NCBI GenBank assembly: GCA_020352775.1
Contig: CP070684.1
Coordinates: forward strand, 660,469 to 724,468
Reading direction: 5' to 3'
DNA from: Candidatus Omnitrophota bacterium
GTDB lineage: Bacteria; Omnitrophota; Gorgyraeia; Duberdicusellales; 4484-171
Length of the DNA stretch: 64,000 nucleotides
The notes below the pieces were generated by a model. It was given only the letters and a program-made list of their open reading frames with translations, had not been told where the DNA came from and searched no databases. The translations under genes were made by a program, and so were the position numbers. Shown here piece after piece: positions 9,938 to 22,109 of the stretch. The first letter of the stretch is position 1, and every line of letters begins with the position of its first letter.

Positions 9938-10144
9938 TTAGGGGAGGGGGTCAACCACTCCCTTGGCAAAAGGATTGCAGCGTAAGAGACGTAACCCCGT
10001 CAGCTGCATTGCCTTTAAAAATGGGTATTGCAAAAATGCCTGCCGTGCATACTCCGAGCATGTGGGAATGTACCGGCAGCGGGCAGGGAACAGAAAGGAA
10101 ACCCGCTGATATAACGCGATAAGTAACAGGGTGATTTTGTTCAT
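9938..10144 (-). CDS. yidD: membrane protein insertion efficiency factor YidD
   Basis: 68 aa. [11 protein letters not shown] and RCNPF motifs. Confidence 0.85.
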   Translation of the reverse strand: MNKITLLLIALYQRVSFLFPARCRYIPTCSEYARQAFLQYPFLKAMQLTGLRLLRCNPFAKGVVDPLP

Positions 10145-10278
10145 ACAGCGAGTCTTTTTCTGCCTTTTTTGCGTCGGCTGTTTAAGATGCTGCGTCCGGA
10201 GCGAGTCGCCATGCGTTTTCTAAAGCCGTGTGTTTTTTTGCCTTTTATCTTTGTGGGGGTCGTTAATCCCTTTTTCAT
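10141..10278 (-). CDS. rpmH: 50S ribosomal protein L34
   Basis: Absent from the ORF track because it is under 60 aa. Hand translation gives [45 protein letters not shown]. Its TGA overlaps the yidD ATG (ATGA). Confidence 0.9.
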   Translation of the reverse strand: MKKGLTTPTKIKGKKTHGFRKRMATRSGRSILNSRRKKGRKRLAV

Positions 10279-10645
10279 AATAGAGCAATTGTAGCATAGC
10301 GCGTAAGGCTGTCAATATTTTTATCAAATTTCTGGATATTTTTTCGCAGTGAAAATTAATGTGATTTGTTGTTGATTTTTTTATTGCAACTGCTAAAACT
10401 TATAGTATAATCTTTATCCCTGCCAAAACTTAACGAACGTAAATGTGTAAAAAGTGCCTGCGCAAATTATTTTATGCATGGATTTTTGTCTTTTGCTTTT
10501 TATGCCCGCCCCAAAAACTAAAGGGTGAGGATTGATAGAAGGGGCCTTTTTCAAGATATATCGCGTTGTGAATAACTTGTGAATTCTGTGAATTCCCCTT
10601 ATAAATACAGCTACTTTTTGCTCCCAGAGGAGGGGCATAAACGTA
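10279..10645. promoter_or_regulatory. candidate oriC / dnaA promoter region
   Basis: Divergent rpmH/dnaA spacer. AT-rich tract at about 10310-10400. Three tandem DnaA-box-like 9-mers: TGTGAATAA 10567-10575, TGTGAATTC 10578-10586 and 10587-10595 (consensus TGTGGATAA). Gene strand polarity switches here. Confidence 0.55.
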
Positions 10646-11977
10646 ATGGATAAAGTTTGGGAGAAATGCAAAGACGAGCTTAAGGATGTTGTGGGAACGA
10701 TTTCTTTTGATACCTGGATTGCCCCTTTAAATATGAAAAAGCTGGAAGGGACGTCACTGGTTTTGGAAGTGCCGGATGCTTTCTTTCAAAACTGGGTAGA
10801 AACAAATTACCTTGCCCAAATAAAAACGGCTTTGCGCAATATTGCCCAAAAAGAATTTGACGTTCGCTTTGAAGTTAACCCTTCGCTGCTTAAGCGCCGT
10901 GCAAACAAAATCTTTAAGACTATTGAAAAAAGCTTTCAGGAAAAACCTCAGGATTCTCTCAAATTAAACCCGCGCTTTACTTTCGATGCTTTTGTTGTGG
11001 GTTCTTCCAATAGAATGGCCCATGCTGCTTCTTTAGCTGTAGCCAATGCACCAGGAAAATCTTATAACCCCATTTTTATTTACGGAGGGGTGGGGCTTGG
11101 CAAAACTCACCTTATGCAAGCCATTTCCCATCATATTCTGGCTAAGACTCCCAACGCAAAGGTAAAATACACTTCGTCAGAAAAATTCACAAATGAATTG
11201 ATTCTTGCTATTCAACACCGCGCCACAGAACGTTTCCGCCAAAAATATAGAAATATCGATGTTCTTTTAATCGATGACATTCATTTTCTCGCGGGAAAAG
11301 AAGCGTCTCAGGAGGAATTTTTCCATACCTTTAATGTTCTTTATGACTACCATAAACAAATTGTGGTTTCTTCCGATAGGCCTCCCAAAGAAATCGCCCG
11401 GTTGGAGGAGAGGCTAGTTTCGCGTTTTAGCTGGGGGCTTGTGGTAGATATCCAGCCGCCTGATTTTGAAACAAGGGTTGCGATTTTAAAAAAGAAGTTG
11501 GAAAAAGACCCTATTAAGATTGGCGAGGATGTGATACAGTTTATTGCTAAAAATATCACCACCAACATCAGAGAGCTCGAAGGCGCTCTTATCCGTATTA
11601 TTGCTTATTCGCTCATTGAAAGTAAACCTATATCGCTAGAGGTGGCAAAGGGAATACTTAAAGATATGGTAAAGGAAATTTATCGCCGCGTTACCCCTGA
11701 TACCGTTTTAGAGAAAGTGGCTGTCTACTTTGGGGTGTTGAAAGAGGATCTTAAAAAATCCAAAAGGAACAAGACTTTGGTACTCCCCAGACAAATTGCG
11801 ATGTATTTAATAAGAGAGCTCACTGAATTATCTCTTCCTGAAATTGGAAGTTTCTTTGGGGCCAAGCATCACACCACCGTTCTTTATGCTGCCAAAAAGA
11901 TAAAGGATGATTTAAAAAAAGATGGGAAGCTAAAATTAACCATTAACAGCCTTGCACAGGAAATTAAGAATTTATAA
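10646..11977 (+). CDS. dnaA: chromosomal replication initiator protein DnaA
   Basis: 443 aa. Walker A GGVGLGKTHL. LLIDDIHFLAGKEASQEEFFHTFN. C-terminal DNA-binding domain with RQIAMYL...HTTVLYA. Confidence 0.95.
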   Translation: MDKVWEKCKDELKDVVGTISFDTWIAPLNMKKLEGTSLVLEVPDAFFQNWVETNYLAQIKTALRNIAQKEFDVRFEVNPSLLKRRANKIFKTIEKSFQEKPQDSLKLNPRFTFDAFVVGSSNRMAHAASLAVANAPGKSYNPIFIYGGVGLGKTHLMQAISHHILAKTPNAKVKYTSSEKFTNELILAIQHRATERFRQKYRNIDVLLIDDIHFLAGKEASQEEFFHTFNVLYDYHKQIVVSSDRPPKEIARLEERLVSRFSWGLVVDIQPPDFETRVAILKKKLEKDPIKIGEDVIQFIAKNITTNIRELEGALIRIIAYSLIESKPISLEVAKGILKDMVKEIYRRVTPDTVLEKVAVYFGVLKEDLKKSKRNKTLVLPRQIAMYLIRELTELSLPEIGSFFGAKHHTTVLYAAKKIKDDLKKDGKLKLTINSLAQEIKNL

Positions 11978-11986
11978 AGAAAGGTA

Positions 11987-12042
11987 TGTGAATAAAAGGT
12001 GATTTTTGGGTTTGTTTCTGGTAGAATATTTTTGAATTCACA
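11987..12042. promoter_or_regulatory. two DnaA-box-like sites in the dnaA-dnaN spacer
   Basis: TGTGAATAA at 11987-11995 and the inverted GAATTCACA at 12034-12042. Same words as upstream of dnaA. Confidence 0.4.
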
Positions 12043-12072
12043 GATTTGACACCCCCTACAACAGCAACTACT

Positions 12073-13170
12073 ATGAAATTTAGTATAGAAAAAGAAGTAT
12101 TATTAGAAACATTACAAAAAGTTTTAGGCCCAGCCACTTCCAAACAAAACTTTCCTGTATTAAATAACGTCCTCATTTCTTCTACACATAATAAGCTAAA
12201 ACTAGTAACAACGGACTTAGATACTACCATTATTACAACCCAAGAAGCCAACATTCAAGAAAAAGGGAAAACCTCAATCCCCATGAAGAAACTCATCTCC
12301 ATCGTGAGAGAACTTCCTTCACAAGAAATAACTGTGGAAATAACCAAGAATAACCTCTTAATAAGGTGTGGAAAGATTGAGTTTAAAATAAACACTATCG
12401 ACCCAGAAGAATTCCCTAAGGTAGAAGAGAGCCAGAAAGCCTCACTAATAAAGATATTGCCAGAGGTGCTGGGAGAGATGATAAGACTTACATCTTTTTG
12501 TGTGGGGCAAGAGGAAACAAACTACATACTCAATGGAATACTTTTTGAGATACATGAAGACAAAATCAAACTAGTAGCTACCGACGGCAAAAGACTTTCT
12601 TTTATTCAGCGCAAACTACACCACACCCAACCCGAAGTAAAAACAAAACTCTCTTTTATTGTTCCAATAAAAGCAATCCAGGAATTAACCAAGCTCATCA
12701 AAGAACGAGAGGAGGAGATTTTTCTAGCCGTGGAAGAAAACAGGGTGGGGTTCGATTTTAAGGATACGCAGTTTATCACCAGAACCATCGAAGGCGAATT
12801 CCCCAATTACGCCCAATATGTCCCCAAAGAAGGAAAGGATAAGCTAATCATAAACCGAAAGGAATTTCTGGCGGCTCTGCGTAGAGCAGATCTTCTTTCC
12901 ACCCCAGATTATCAAGGAGTAAAGGTAGAATTAAAAAAAGACTCAATAGTTGTTTCCAAAAGCACCCCCCAAATGGGAGAGGTAAAGGAAGTAATCGGTG
13001 CGCAATACAGCGGGACGCCGATGCAAATAGGGTTTAACCCCCAATATCTTATGGATGTTTTGAAAAATATGGATCAAGAAGAGGCGGGGTTTAATTTTTC
13101 CGGTGCCGATAAACCCGCGGTTTTAAGAAGCGAAGACTACATCTACCTTGTTTTACCTATAAAGATTTGA
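12073..13170 (+). CDS. dnaN: DNA polymerase III subunit beta
   Basis: MKFSIEKEVLLETLQKV is a typical DnaN N-terminus. Three-domain length. The ORF track starts at TTG 12046, but I prefer ATG 12073. Confidence 0.9.
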   Translation: MKFSIEKEVLLETLQKVLGPATSKQNFPVLNNVLISSTHNKLKLVTTDLDTTIITTQEANIQEKGKTSIPMKKLISIVRELPSQEITVEITKNNLLIRCGKIEFKINTIDPEEFPKVEESQKASLIKILPEVLGEMIRLTSFCVGQEETNYILNGILFEIHEDKIKLVATDGKRLSFIQRKLHHTQPEVKTKLSFIVPIKAIQELTKLIKEREEEIFLAVEENRVGFDFKDTQFITRTIEGEFPNYAQYVPKEGKDKLIINRKEFLAALRRADLLSTPDYQGVKVELKKDSIVVSKSTPQMGEVKEVIGAQYSGTPMQIGFNPQYLMDVLKNMDQEEAGFNFSGADKPAVLRSEDYIYLVLPIKI

Positions 13171-13174
13171 GTTC

Positions 13175-15821
<2,647 letters not shown>

Positions 15822-15835
15822 AACCAAAAAGAGTA

Positions 15836-18274
15836 ATGGCTGAAGGGATTAAAGAAAAAGTTGTTGCGCGACACCTCGAAGAAGAGATGAAAGACTCTTA
15901 TCTATCTTACGCGATGAGCGTAATTGTAGGAAGAGCTCTGCCTGACGTACGGGACGGCCTTAAGCCGGTACAAAGAAGGATTCTTTATGCTATGCATGAG
16001 TTGCATCTAAGATACAATCAATCTTATAAAAAAAGCGCAAGAATCGTAGGAGAATGTCTTGGTAAATACCATCCCCATGGGGACATCGCGGTTTATGATG
16101 CTTTGGTGCGAATGGCTCAAGACTTTTCTTTGCGCTACCCCTTAATTGATGGGCAGGGTAACTTTGGTTCCATTGATGGAGACCCACCGGCGGCAATGCG
16201 TTATTCCGAAGCCAGGATGTCCCGCATCACAGATTATATTTTGCAGGACATCGAAAAAAAGACTGTCCGTTTCTTCCCCAATTTTGACAACTCCCTTAGT
16301 GAACCAGAAGTCCTTCCGGCAGTATTGCCCAACCTTTTGCTTAATGGCGCAAGTGGAATTGCTGTAGGGATGGCAACAAACTTACCACCGCATAATCTAG
16401 GAGAAGTTTGCGATGCCTTAAGCTACTTGGTTGATAATCCCAACGCTTCAGTAAAAGACCTTTTTAAATATATCAAGGGTCCGGATTTTCCTACCGGCGG
16501 GATAATCTGTGGACGCACTGAAATTTTAAATATGTATAAAGAAGGCAGGGGCAAACTCACTGTAAGAGCAAAGGCAACAACAGAACGCGAGAAGCATAAG
16601 GCCCAAATAGTCATTACAGAAATTCCTTACCAGCTGAACAAGACTACCCTTATTGAGCAGATAGCCAACATTATTAATGATAAGAAAGTAGAAGGAATTT
16701 CTGACTTGCGAGACGAATCAGATAAAGACGGAATACGAATTGTCATTGAGCTTAGACGCGATGCTCAACCCGAGATCATTCTAAATCGGCTTTATAAGCA
16801 TACCAGCATGGAAACGACCTTTGGGGCAATTCTTCTGGCGCTGGTAAACCGTAGACCCCAGATACTCAATCTCAAAGAAATGCTCCATCAGCATATTCAC
16901 TTCCGCAAGCAAGTGATTGTAAGACGCACCAGATTTGAGCTTGAAAAAGCAGAGCGGCGAGCCCACATATTAGAAGGGCTAAAGACCGCCCTTAAATTCT
17001 TGGATCAGGTTGTAGAAATAATTAAGAAATCCAAAAGTCCGCAAGATGCCAAAGGCGCACTTATGAAAAAGTTTAAGCTTTCTGAAGTCCAGGCCCAGGC
17101 GATTCTAGAAATGCAACTACAACGACTGTGTGCTTTGGAGCGGAAAAAGATAGATGAGGAGTATTTAGCGTTACTTAAAACAATCGAGTCTTTAAAGTCT
17201 ATTCTTTCTTCGGAGAAGAAACAGGAAATTTTAATTAAAGAAGAGACAAAAGAGCTAAAAGAGAAGTTTGCTGACGCCCGCCGCACTGACATCGTGGCTG
17301 AAAAGGAAGAGATAGAAATAGAAGATTTAATCGTGGAAGAAGATATGGTAATTACCATCACTGGATCCGGCTACATTAAACGAATGCCCTTAACCAGCTA
17401 TCGTCAGCAGCGTCGAGGGGGAAGGGGAGTGACTGCCATGGCTACGGCTGAGGAGGACTTTGTAGAACACCTCTTTGTTGCTTCCAGTAAAGACACCCTC
17501 CTTATATTTACTGATGAAGGAAAGGTATACCCTTTAAAAACATATGAAGTTCCGCAAGGCTCGCGCACCTCAAAAGGAAGAGCGATTGTAAACGTCCTGC
17601 ATTTAAACAGCAAAGAAAAAATCACCGCGGTTCTTTCAATAAAAGAATTTGATCCCGATCATTTTGTTTTTATGGCCACCCAGAAAGGCATTGTGAAGCG
17701 AACCGCTTTAGATTTATTTTCTAATATGCGTAAAAGCGGAATCAATGCAATAAATTTAGAAAAAGGAGATCATCTGGTTGGCGCTGGAGTCTGCGAAGAG
17801 AAGGATGAAATCATTCTAGCTAGCCAGAAGGGACTGTCCATAAGGTTTAAAATGAAAGATGCAAGGCCCATGGGCAGACAAGCGCAGGGGGTTAAAGGAA
17901 TAAAGCTGGGCAAGGGCGATGTAGTCTTGGGAATGGCGCTGATTAAGGGCGCAGCAAAGAAAGATGATTTTTATATTCTTACTGCCACTGAAAACGGCTT
18001 TGCCAAACGCACCCCGGTGGAGGAGTACCGTTTGCAATCCCGCGCCGGCAAAGGCATCATTAACATAAAACTTTCTCCAAAGATAGGAGAAGTAAAGGGG
18101 CTTATCCTGGTGCGCGCAGATGATGAAGTAGTGTGTATTACCCACAAAGGAGTTCTTATCCGCACCCACATAAATCATATTCGTGTTTCGGGCCGCTCTA
18201 CTCAAGGGGTAAGAGTGATTAATTTGAGCAAAGGGGATAAGCTCTCAACCGTAGCCCGCATTATCCCAGAATAA
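15836..18274 (+). CDS. gyrA: DNA gyrase subunit A
   Basis: [13 protein letters not shown] and [18 protein letters not shown], with the active-site region [11 protein letters not shown]-terminal beta-pinwheel repeats. Confidence 0.95.
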   Translation: MAEGIKEKVVARHLEEEMKDSYLSYAMSVIVGRALPDVRDGLKPVQRRILYAMHELHLRYNQSYKKSARIVGECLGKYHPHGDIAVYDALVRMAQDFSLRYPLIDGQGNFGSIDGDPPAAMRYSEARMSRITDYILQDIEKKTVRFFPNFDNSLSEPEVLPAVLPNLLLNGASGIAVGMATNLPPHNLGEVCDALSYLVDNPNASVKDLFKYIKGPDFPTGGIICGRTEILNMYKEGRGKLTVRAKATTEREKHKAQIVITEIPYQLNKTTLIEQIANIINDKKVEGISDLRDESDKDGIRIVIELRRDAQPEIILNRLYKHTSMETTFGAILLALVNRRPQILNLKEMLHQHIHFRKQVIVRRTRFELEKAERRAHILEGLKTALKFLDQVVEIIKKSKSPQDAKGALMKKFKLSEVQAQAILEMQLQRLCALERKKIDEEYLALLKTIESLKSILSSEKKQEILIKEETKELKEKFADARRTDIVAEKEEIEIEDLIVEEDMVITITGSGYIKRMPLTSYRQQRRGGRGVTAMATAEEDFVEHLFVASSKDTLLIFTDEGKVYPLKTYEVPQGSRTSKGRAIVNVLHLNSKEKITAVLSIKEFDPDHFVFMATQKGIVKRTALDLFSNMRKSGINAINLEKGDHLVGAGVCEEKDEIILASQKGLSIRFKMKDARPMGRQAQGVKGIKLGKGDVVLGMALIKGAAKKDDFYILTATENGFAKRTPVEEYRLQSRAGKGIINIKLSPKIGEVKGLILVRADDEVVCITHKGVLIRTHINHIRVSGRSTQGVRVINLSKGDKLSTVARIIPE

Positions 18275-18371
18275 AAGAAGCTCTATTGACAAATTCATTG
18301 TTCTGTCTAAAATATACTTTTCTTTTCGCAGCCATTTTTGATATTTGATTTTTAACATTTAATTTTTATGT

Positions 18372-18446
18372 GACCCCATCGTCTAGCCCGGTTTAGGACA
18401 TCGCCCTTTCACGGCGACGGCGCCGGTTCAAATCCGGCTGGGGTCG
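18372..18446 (+). tRNA. tRNA-Glu(TTC)
   Basis: Acceptor GACCCCA/TGGGGTC, anticodon stem TCGCC/GGCGA with loop CTTTCAC, T-arm CCGGTTCAAATCCGG. Confidence 0.9.
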
Positions 18447-18467
18447 TTTTATGAAAGAGACTAAAAG

Positions 18468-18923
18468 ATGGAAGAACAAAAAAAAGCGCTGGATCCAAAA
18501 AAACGCCCCTTGGGAGTAACGATTCTAGGGGGAATCAATTGTTTTATTTTGGGAGGAGCGGTATTTCTGCTCTCCATATTGGTGTATATCAATCTTAACC
18601 CCGAAAGCTGGGAGGCGGTTCTTGAGATGCTTAAAGAGAAAGCCCAGGGGTTGCCTCTTGAGTATGCGCAATTTAAGAATTCACTTTTAGTGCAGGCGAC
18701 AATCGCGGCGATCTATGCCGTTAGCGGTGCCGGACTGCTGCTGCGTAAAGAATGGGCAAGAAAGCTTACCCTGTATTTTTCTTTTGCAATGGTCCTTTTT
18801 TTATTTATCTCTGCACTTACTAATCCTCGGTTTATCACCCAGGCAGTTGCTCAGGTGTTTTATCCAGCGATCCTCATCATATATTTTACCAATAAAAAAG
18901 TAGAGAGCTACTTTAAGACATAA
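18468..18923 (+). CDS. hypothetical integral membrane protein
   Basis: 151 aa with about four hydrophobic segments. No family recognised. Confidence 0.5.
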   Translation: MEEQKKALDPKKRPLGVTILGGINCFILGGAVFLLSILVYINLNPESWEAVLEMLKEKAQGLPLEYAQFKNSLLVQATIAAIYAVSGAGLLLRKEWARKLTLYFSFAMVLFLFISALTNPRFITQAVAQVFYPAILIIYFTNKKVESYFKT

Positions 18924-19039
18924 TGTGCGGAACCTTTGGTTATACTGACAAACTCTAGCGGTTTTTGATAGTCGATAATATTTAAGCAGCAAAAACTTCT
19001 TGACAAGTCAATGGAGTGGGGTATATTTAAATAGAAGAC

Positions 19040-19092
19040 AAAGGCGTCTTTTCTTTACGCAAAAAGGCAAAGAAAAGACGCCTTTTTGTTTT
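19040..19092 (+). terminator. intrinsic terminator hairpin (17-bp perfect stem + U-tract)
   Basis: AAAGGCGTCTTTTCTTT (19040-19056) pairs with AAAGAAAAGACGCCTTT (19069-19085). TTGTTTT follows. An A-tract upstream makes it potentially bidirectional. Confidence 0.75.
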
Positions 19093-19155
19093 AGTGGTTT
19101 TTGTAAATCTAAGGTAATGTCATGTTTCAAGCGAGATATTAAAAGGAGGAGAACG

Positions 19156-19908
19156 ATGGCTGAGCAGAAACAGATGGGGAAAATTAAGGTGATAGTTTGC
19201 CAAGATAAACAAGAAGTAGCCAGGGAAGGTGCTAATATCTTTGCCCAAGCTGTTAGAGAGAATCCGGCTATAGTGATGGGGCTGGCAACTGGAGGGACTC
19301 CAGTGGGGATGTATAAGAAATTAATCCAGATGCACAAGGAAGAAGCTTTGGATTTTAGCCGCGCCTCATCCTTTAATCTTGATGAATATTTAGGATTATC
19401 TGGGGACCATGACCAAAGCTATAGATATTTTATGGATGAGAACCTTTTCAATCATATTAATATCGATAAGTCAAAAACGCGTGTTCCTGATGGGAAAGCC
19501 CAGGATACTCAAATGAGCTGTCGCAAATATGAAGAGGACATCAGGGCAGCCGGAGGCATAGACATGCAGCTGCTTGGCATCGGGTCTAACGGACACATCG
19601 CTTTTAACGAGCCGGGGTCAGGAGGAGATTCTCGGACAAGGGTAGTTGATTTAACAGAGGGAACGGTTAGAGATAATGCCCGTTTTTTTGAAGACGGGTC
19701 GCAAGTCCCGCGAAAAGCAGTAACTATGGGCATCGGAACGATTTTAGAAGCAAAGAAGATTGTTTTATTGGCTACGGGAAGTAATAAGGCGGATGCGGTA
19801 ACCAAAGCCATTAAAGGGTCTGTGAGTTCAGCTGTCCCAGCCTCTTTTTTGCAACACCACCCTGACTGTACATTCATTATTGATAGGGAGGCCGCCACAG
19901 GATTATAA
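19156..19908 (+). CDS. nagB: glucosamine-6-phosphate deaminase
   Basis: Start moved to ATG 19156 (AAAAGGAGGAG 6 nt upstream). GLATGGTPVGMYKKL, FNLDEYLGL and GIGSNGHIAFNEPGS are NagB signatures. Confidence 0.9.
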   Translation: MAEQKQMGKIKVIVCQDKQEVAREGANIFAQAVRENPAIVMGLATGGTPVGMYKKLIQMHKEEALDFSRASSFNLDEYLGLSGDHDQSYRYFMDENLFNHINIDKSKTRVPDGKAQDTQMSCRKYEEDIRAAGGIDMQLLGIGSNGHIAFNEPGSGGDSRTRVVDLTEGTVRDNARFFEDGSQVPRKAVTMGIGTILEAKKIVLLATGSNKADAVTKAIKGSVSSAVPASFLQHHPDCTFIIDREAATGL

Positions 19909-19923
19909 TAAAAGGAGAGGTAG

Positions 19924-21189
19924 GTGAAGGGTTTAAAAAAATTAAGGTGGCTCTATCCAGGAATAAGAATTAAGCGGTGGATTTTACTCATTGTGTTAGG
20001 GATAATAGCGGTAATTTTCGGCGCAGCCAGATTTATCGGCGAGGCGCTTTTGTGGTTAAAAACATTAGATGCAGCGCTTATCTTTCTAGGAATAACTCTG
20101 ATTGTCGCGGGAGTAAGAAGTATGGTCAAATCTTTCGTTAGTGTTTTTTTGCCCTCTTTCGGAGAAGATTTGGTGGACATCATTTATAAAAAGAGATATT
20201 TAGAACGGGGACCAAGGATGGTGACCATAGGTGGGGGCCACGGACTCGCCACCTTGCTTGCGGGGCTAAAAGAGTACTCCACCAACGTAAACGCCGTGGT
20301 CACAGTAGCTGACAGTGGCGGTTCTACAGGCAGACTGCGCCAGGAATTTGACGTGCTTGCCCCGGGTGATATACGCAATTGCATAGTTGCCCTGGCAGAC
20401 GTACCGTCGCTCATGGGTGAGCTTTTTCAGTTCCGGTTTAAAAAAGATTCGGAATTGAAAGGGCACAATTTCGGAAACCTTTTTATTACCGCCATGACGC
20501 AATTAACAGGTGATTTTGAGAAAGCCGTGGAGGAGTCCAGTAAGGTTTTAGCTATTCGAGGAAAAGTTCTCCCTTCAACTTTAAACAAGGTAAATTTAGT
20601 TGCTGAGTACAAAGACGGGTCACGTGTGGAGGGGGAAGCAGAGATCCCCGAAAAAAAAGTCCCTATTGAAAGAGTATATTTAAATCCCACACATTCAGAA
20701 TTACAAAAAAAGATTCGACCAGCCTCCCATGCAATAGAAGCTATAGAGAATGCTCAAATTATTATTATCGGGCCGGGAAGCCTTTATACCAGTATTTTAC
20801 CAAACCTTGTTATTAAGGAAATTAGCGAAGCGATAGCTGGATCCAGTGCTTTAAAAATATATGTATGTAATGTTATGTCCCAACATGGTGAGACAGATGA
20901 TTATAGCGCTTCGGAACACCTTAAAGCAATAATCAAACATACTCAGCCTAAGATAATAGATTATTGCATTGTGAATACTAAAGTACCTCAGGAAGAAGCG
21001 CTCGCTAAGTACAGGGAAGAAAAAGCATTCCCCGTAAAGGCAGATTCTTGGGAAATCCGCCGAATGGGTTATAAGGTAATTGAGGGGAATGTAATCCATG
21101 CTGCTGATTTTGTGCGGCATGATCCAAAAAGGCTGGCCCAAGCCATTATGAATATTTTCCGCAGAGAAACAATCCGTAGAGAATTCTAA
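19924..21189 (+). CDS. YvcK/gluconeogenesis-factor family protein (CofD-like) with N-terminal membrane anchor
   Basis: VTIGGGHGLATLLAGLK, VVTVADSGGSTGRLR, GDIRNCIVALAD. The first ~90 aa contain two hydrophobic helices. GTG start. Confidence 0.85.
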   Translation: MKGLKKLRWLYPGIRIKRWILLIVLGIIAVIFGAARFIGEALLWLKTLDAALIFLGITLIVAGVRSMVKSFVSVFLPSFGEDLVDIIYKKRYLERGPRMVTIGGGHGLATLLAGLKEYSTNVNAVVTVADSGGSTGRLRQEFDVLAPGDIRNCIVALADVPSLMGELFQFRFKKDSELKGHNFGNLFITAMTQLTGDFEKAVEESSKVLAIRGKVLPSTLNKVNLVAEYKDGSRVEGEAEIPEKKVPIERVYLNPTHSELQKKIRPASHAIEAIENAQIIIIGPGSLYTSILPNLVIKEISEAIAGSSALKIYVCNVMSQHGETDDYSASEHLKAIIKHTQPKIIDYCIVNTKVPQEEALAKYREEKAFPVKADSWEIRRMGYKVIEGNVIHAADFVRHDPKRLAQAIMNIFRRETIRREF

Positions 21190-21281
21190 AGGCAATTGTC
21201 CCCTCCTTTTAGCTATTGACGCAAGCTTGGTAAGGTTTTAAAATACCTCCAAACATCATAAACCCCAAAAAAGTTTTTAGT

Positions 21282-21953
21282 ATGTTATATATAGTGGCTA
21301 CCCCAATCGGCAATTTAGAAGACATTGCATTGCGTGCCCTGCGCACCTTAAAGGAAGCTGATCTTATTCTCGCAGAGGACACCAGAAAAACAGGGCTGCT
21401 TCTTAAGCATTTCAGCATAAAAAAACCCCTTAAGAGCTTTCATGATCACAATGAGGCCAAAATGACCCCGTGGGTAATCGAGGAGCTCAAAAAAGGAAAA
21501 GACGTAGCGCTGGTTTCTAGCGCCGGCACCCCTACCATAAGCGATCCGGGCTATAAGCTGGTACGGGCCTGCCGCAAGGAATCCTTGAGGCTGACAGCAG
21601 TGCCAGGGCCTTCTGGTGTGACCAACGCCCTTTCGTTAAGTTCTTGTGCGCATGATAAATTTGTTTTTTTAAGCTATCTGCCAAGAAAGAGAGGGGAGCG
21701 AAGGAAAACACTGGAGAAGATTAAAGGCTGGCAGTGTGCCATTGTTTTTTTTGAATCACCCTTTAGGGTGCTGAGCGCACTGAGGGATTTAAAAGAGATA
21801 ATGGGCAATAAGCGCCTTACTATTGCACGCGAGATGACTAAGAAGTTCGAAGAGGTGTTAGAGGTAGCCACGGAGGAGGCGATCAGGCACTTTGAAAGCA
21901 TCAAGCCCAAGGGCGAATTCACTATTGTTATCGACAACAAAGACTCATATTAA
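21282..21953 (+). CDS. rsmI: 16S rRNA (cytidine1402-2'-O)-methyltransferase
   Basis: MLYIVATPIGNLEDIALRALRTLKEADLILAEDTR is a classical RsmI N-terminus. Confidence 0.9.
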   Translation: MLYIVATPIGNLEDIALRALRTLKEADLILAEDTRKTGLLLKHFSIKKPLKSFHDHNEAKMTPWVIEELKKGKDVALVSSAGTPTISDPGYKLVRACRKESLRLTAVPGPSGVTNALSLSSCAHDKFVFLSYLPRKRGERRKTLEKIKGWQCAIVFFESPFRVLSALRDLKEIMGNKRLTIAREMTKKFEEVLEVATEEAIRHFESIKPKGEFTIVIDNKDSY

Positions 21954-21969
21954 GGCAGGCAGATTTCCC

Positions 21970-22100
21970 TTGACAGTTAGTGGTATAAGGAGTATATATC
22001 TAATAGCCTTTAAGCTGGTCCAGTGAGACTGGTAAGGAGAAAAATGAAGGAAAGACTAAAACACAATCAGCCCGTTCCTAAATAAAGGAGCGGGTTTTTC
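21970..22100 (+). promoter_or_regulatory. pyrR leader: promoter, PyrR-binding-like hairpin and attenuator terminator
   Basis: TTGACA 21970-21975, 17-nt spacer, TATATA 21993-21998. GGTCCAGTGAGACTGG at about 22017-22032 compares with PyrR box ARUCCAGAGAGGYU. Terminator CCCGTTCC(22071-78)/GGAGCGGG(22087-94) followed by TTTTT. Confidence 0.65.
22044..22085 (+). CDS. possible 13-aa leader peptide MKERLKHNQPVPK
   Basis: ATG 22044 is preceded by AAGGAG (22033-22038) at 5-nt spacing. The ORF runs into the 5' arm of the attenuator stem. Confidence 0.3.
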   Translation: MKERLKHNQPVPK

Positions 22101-22109
22101 CTTTTTATC

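Noticed and set aside
10414-10671. An 85-aa minus-strand ORF in the rpmH-dnaA spacer.
   Set aside because: It overlaps the dnaA start and the DnaA-box cluster, has no SD and has an odd composition. The region is better interpreted as origin/promoter DNA.
19000-19155. A 52-aa N-terminal extension of nagB from the ORF track (start at 19000).
   Set aside because: The extension covers the terminator hairpin and has no homology to NagB. ATG 19156 has a strong SD and matches the normal NagB N-terminus.
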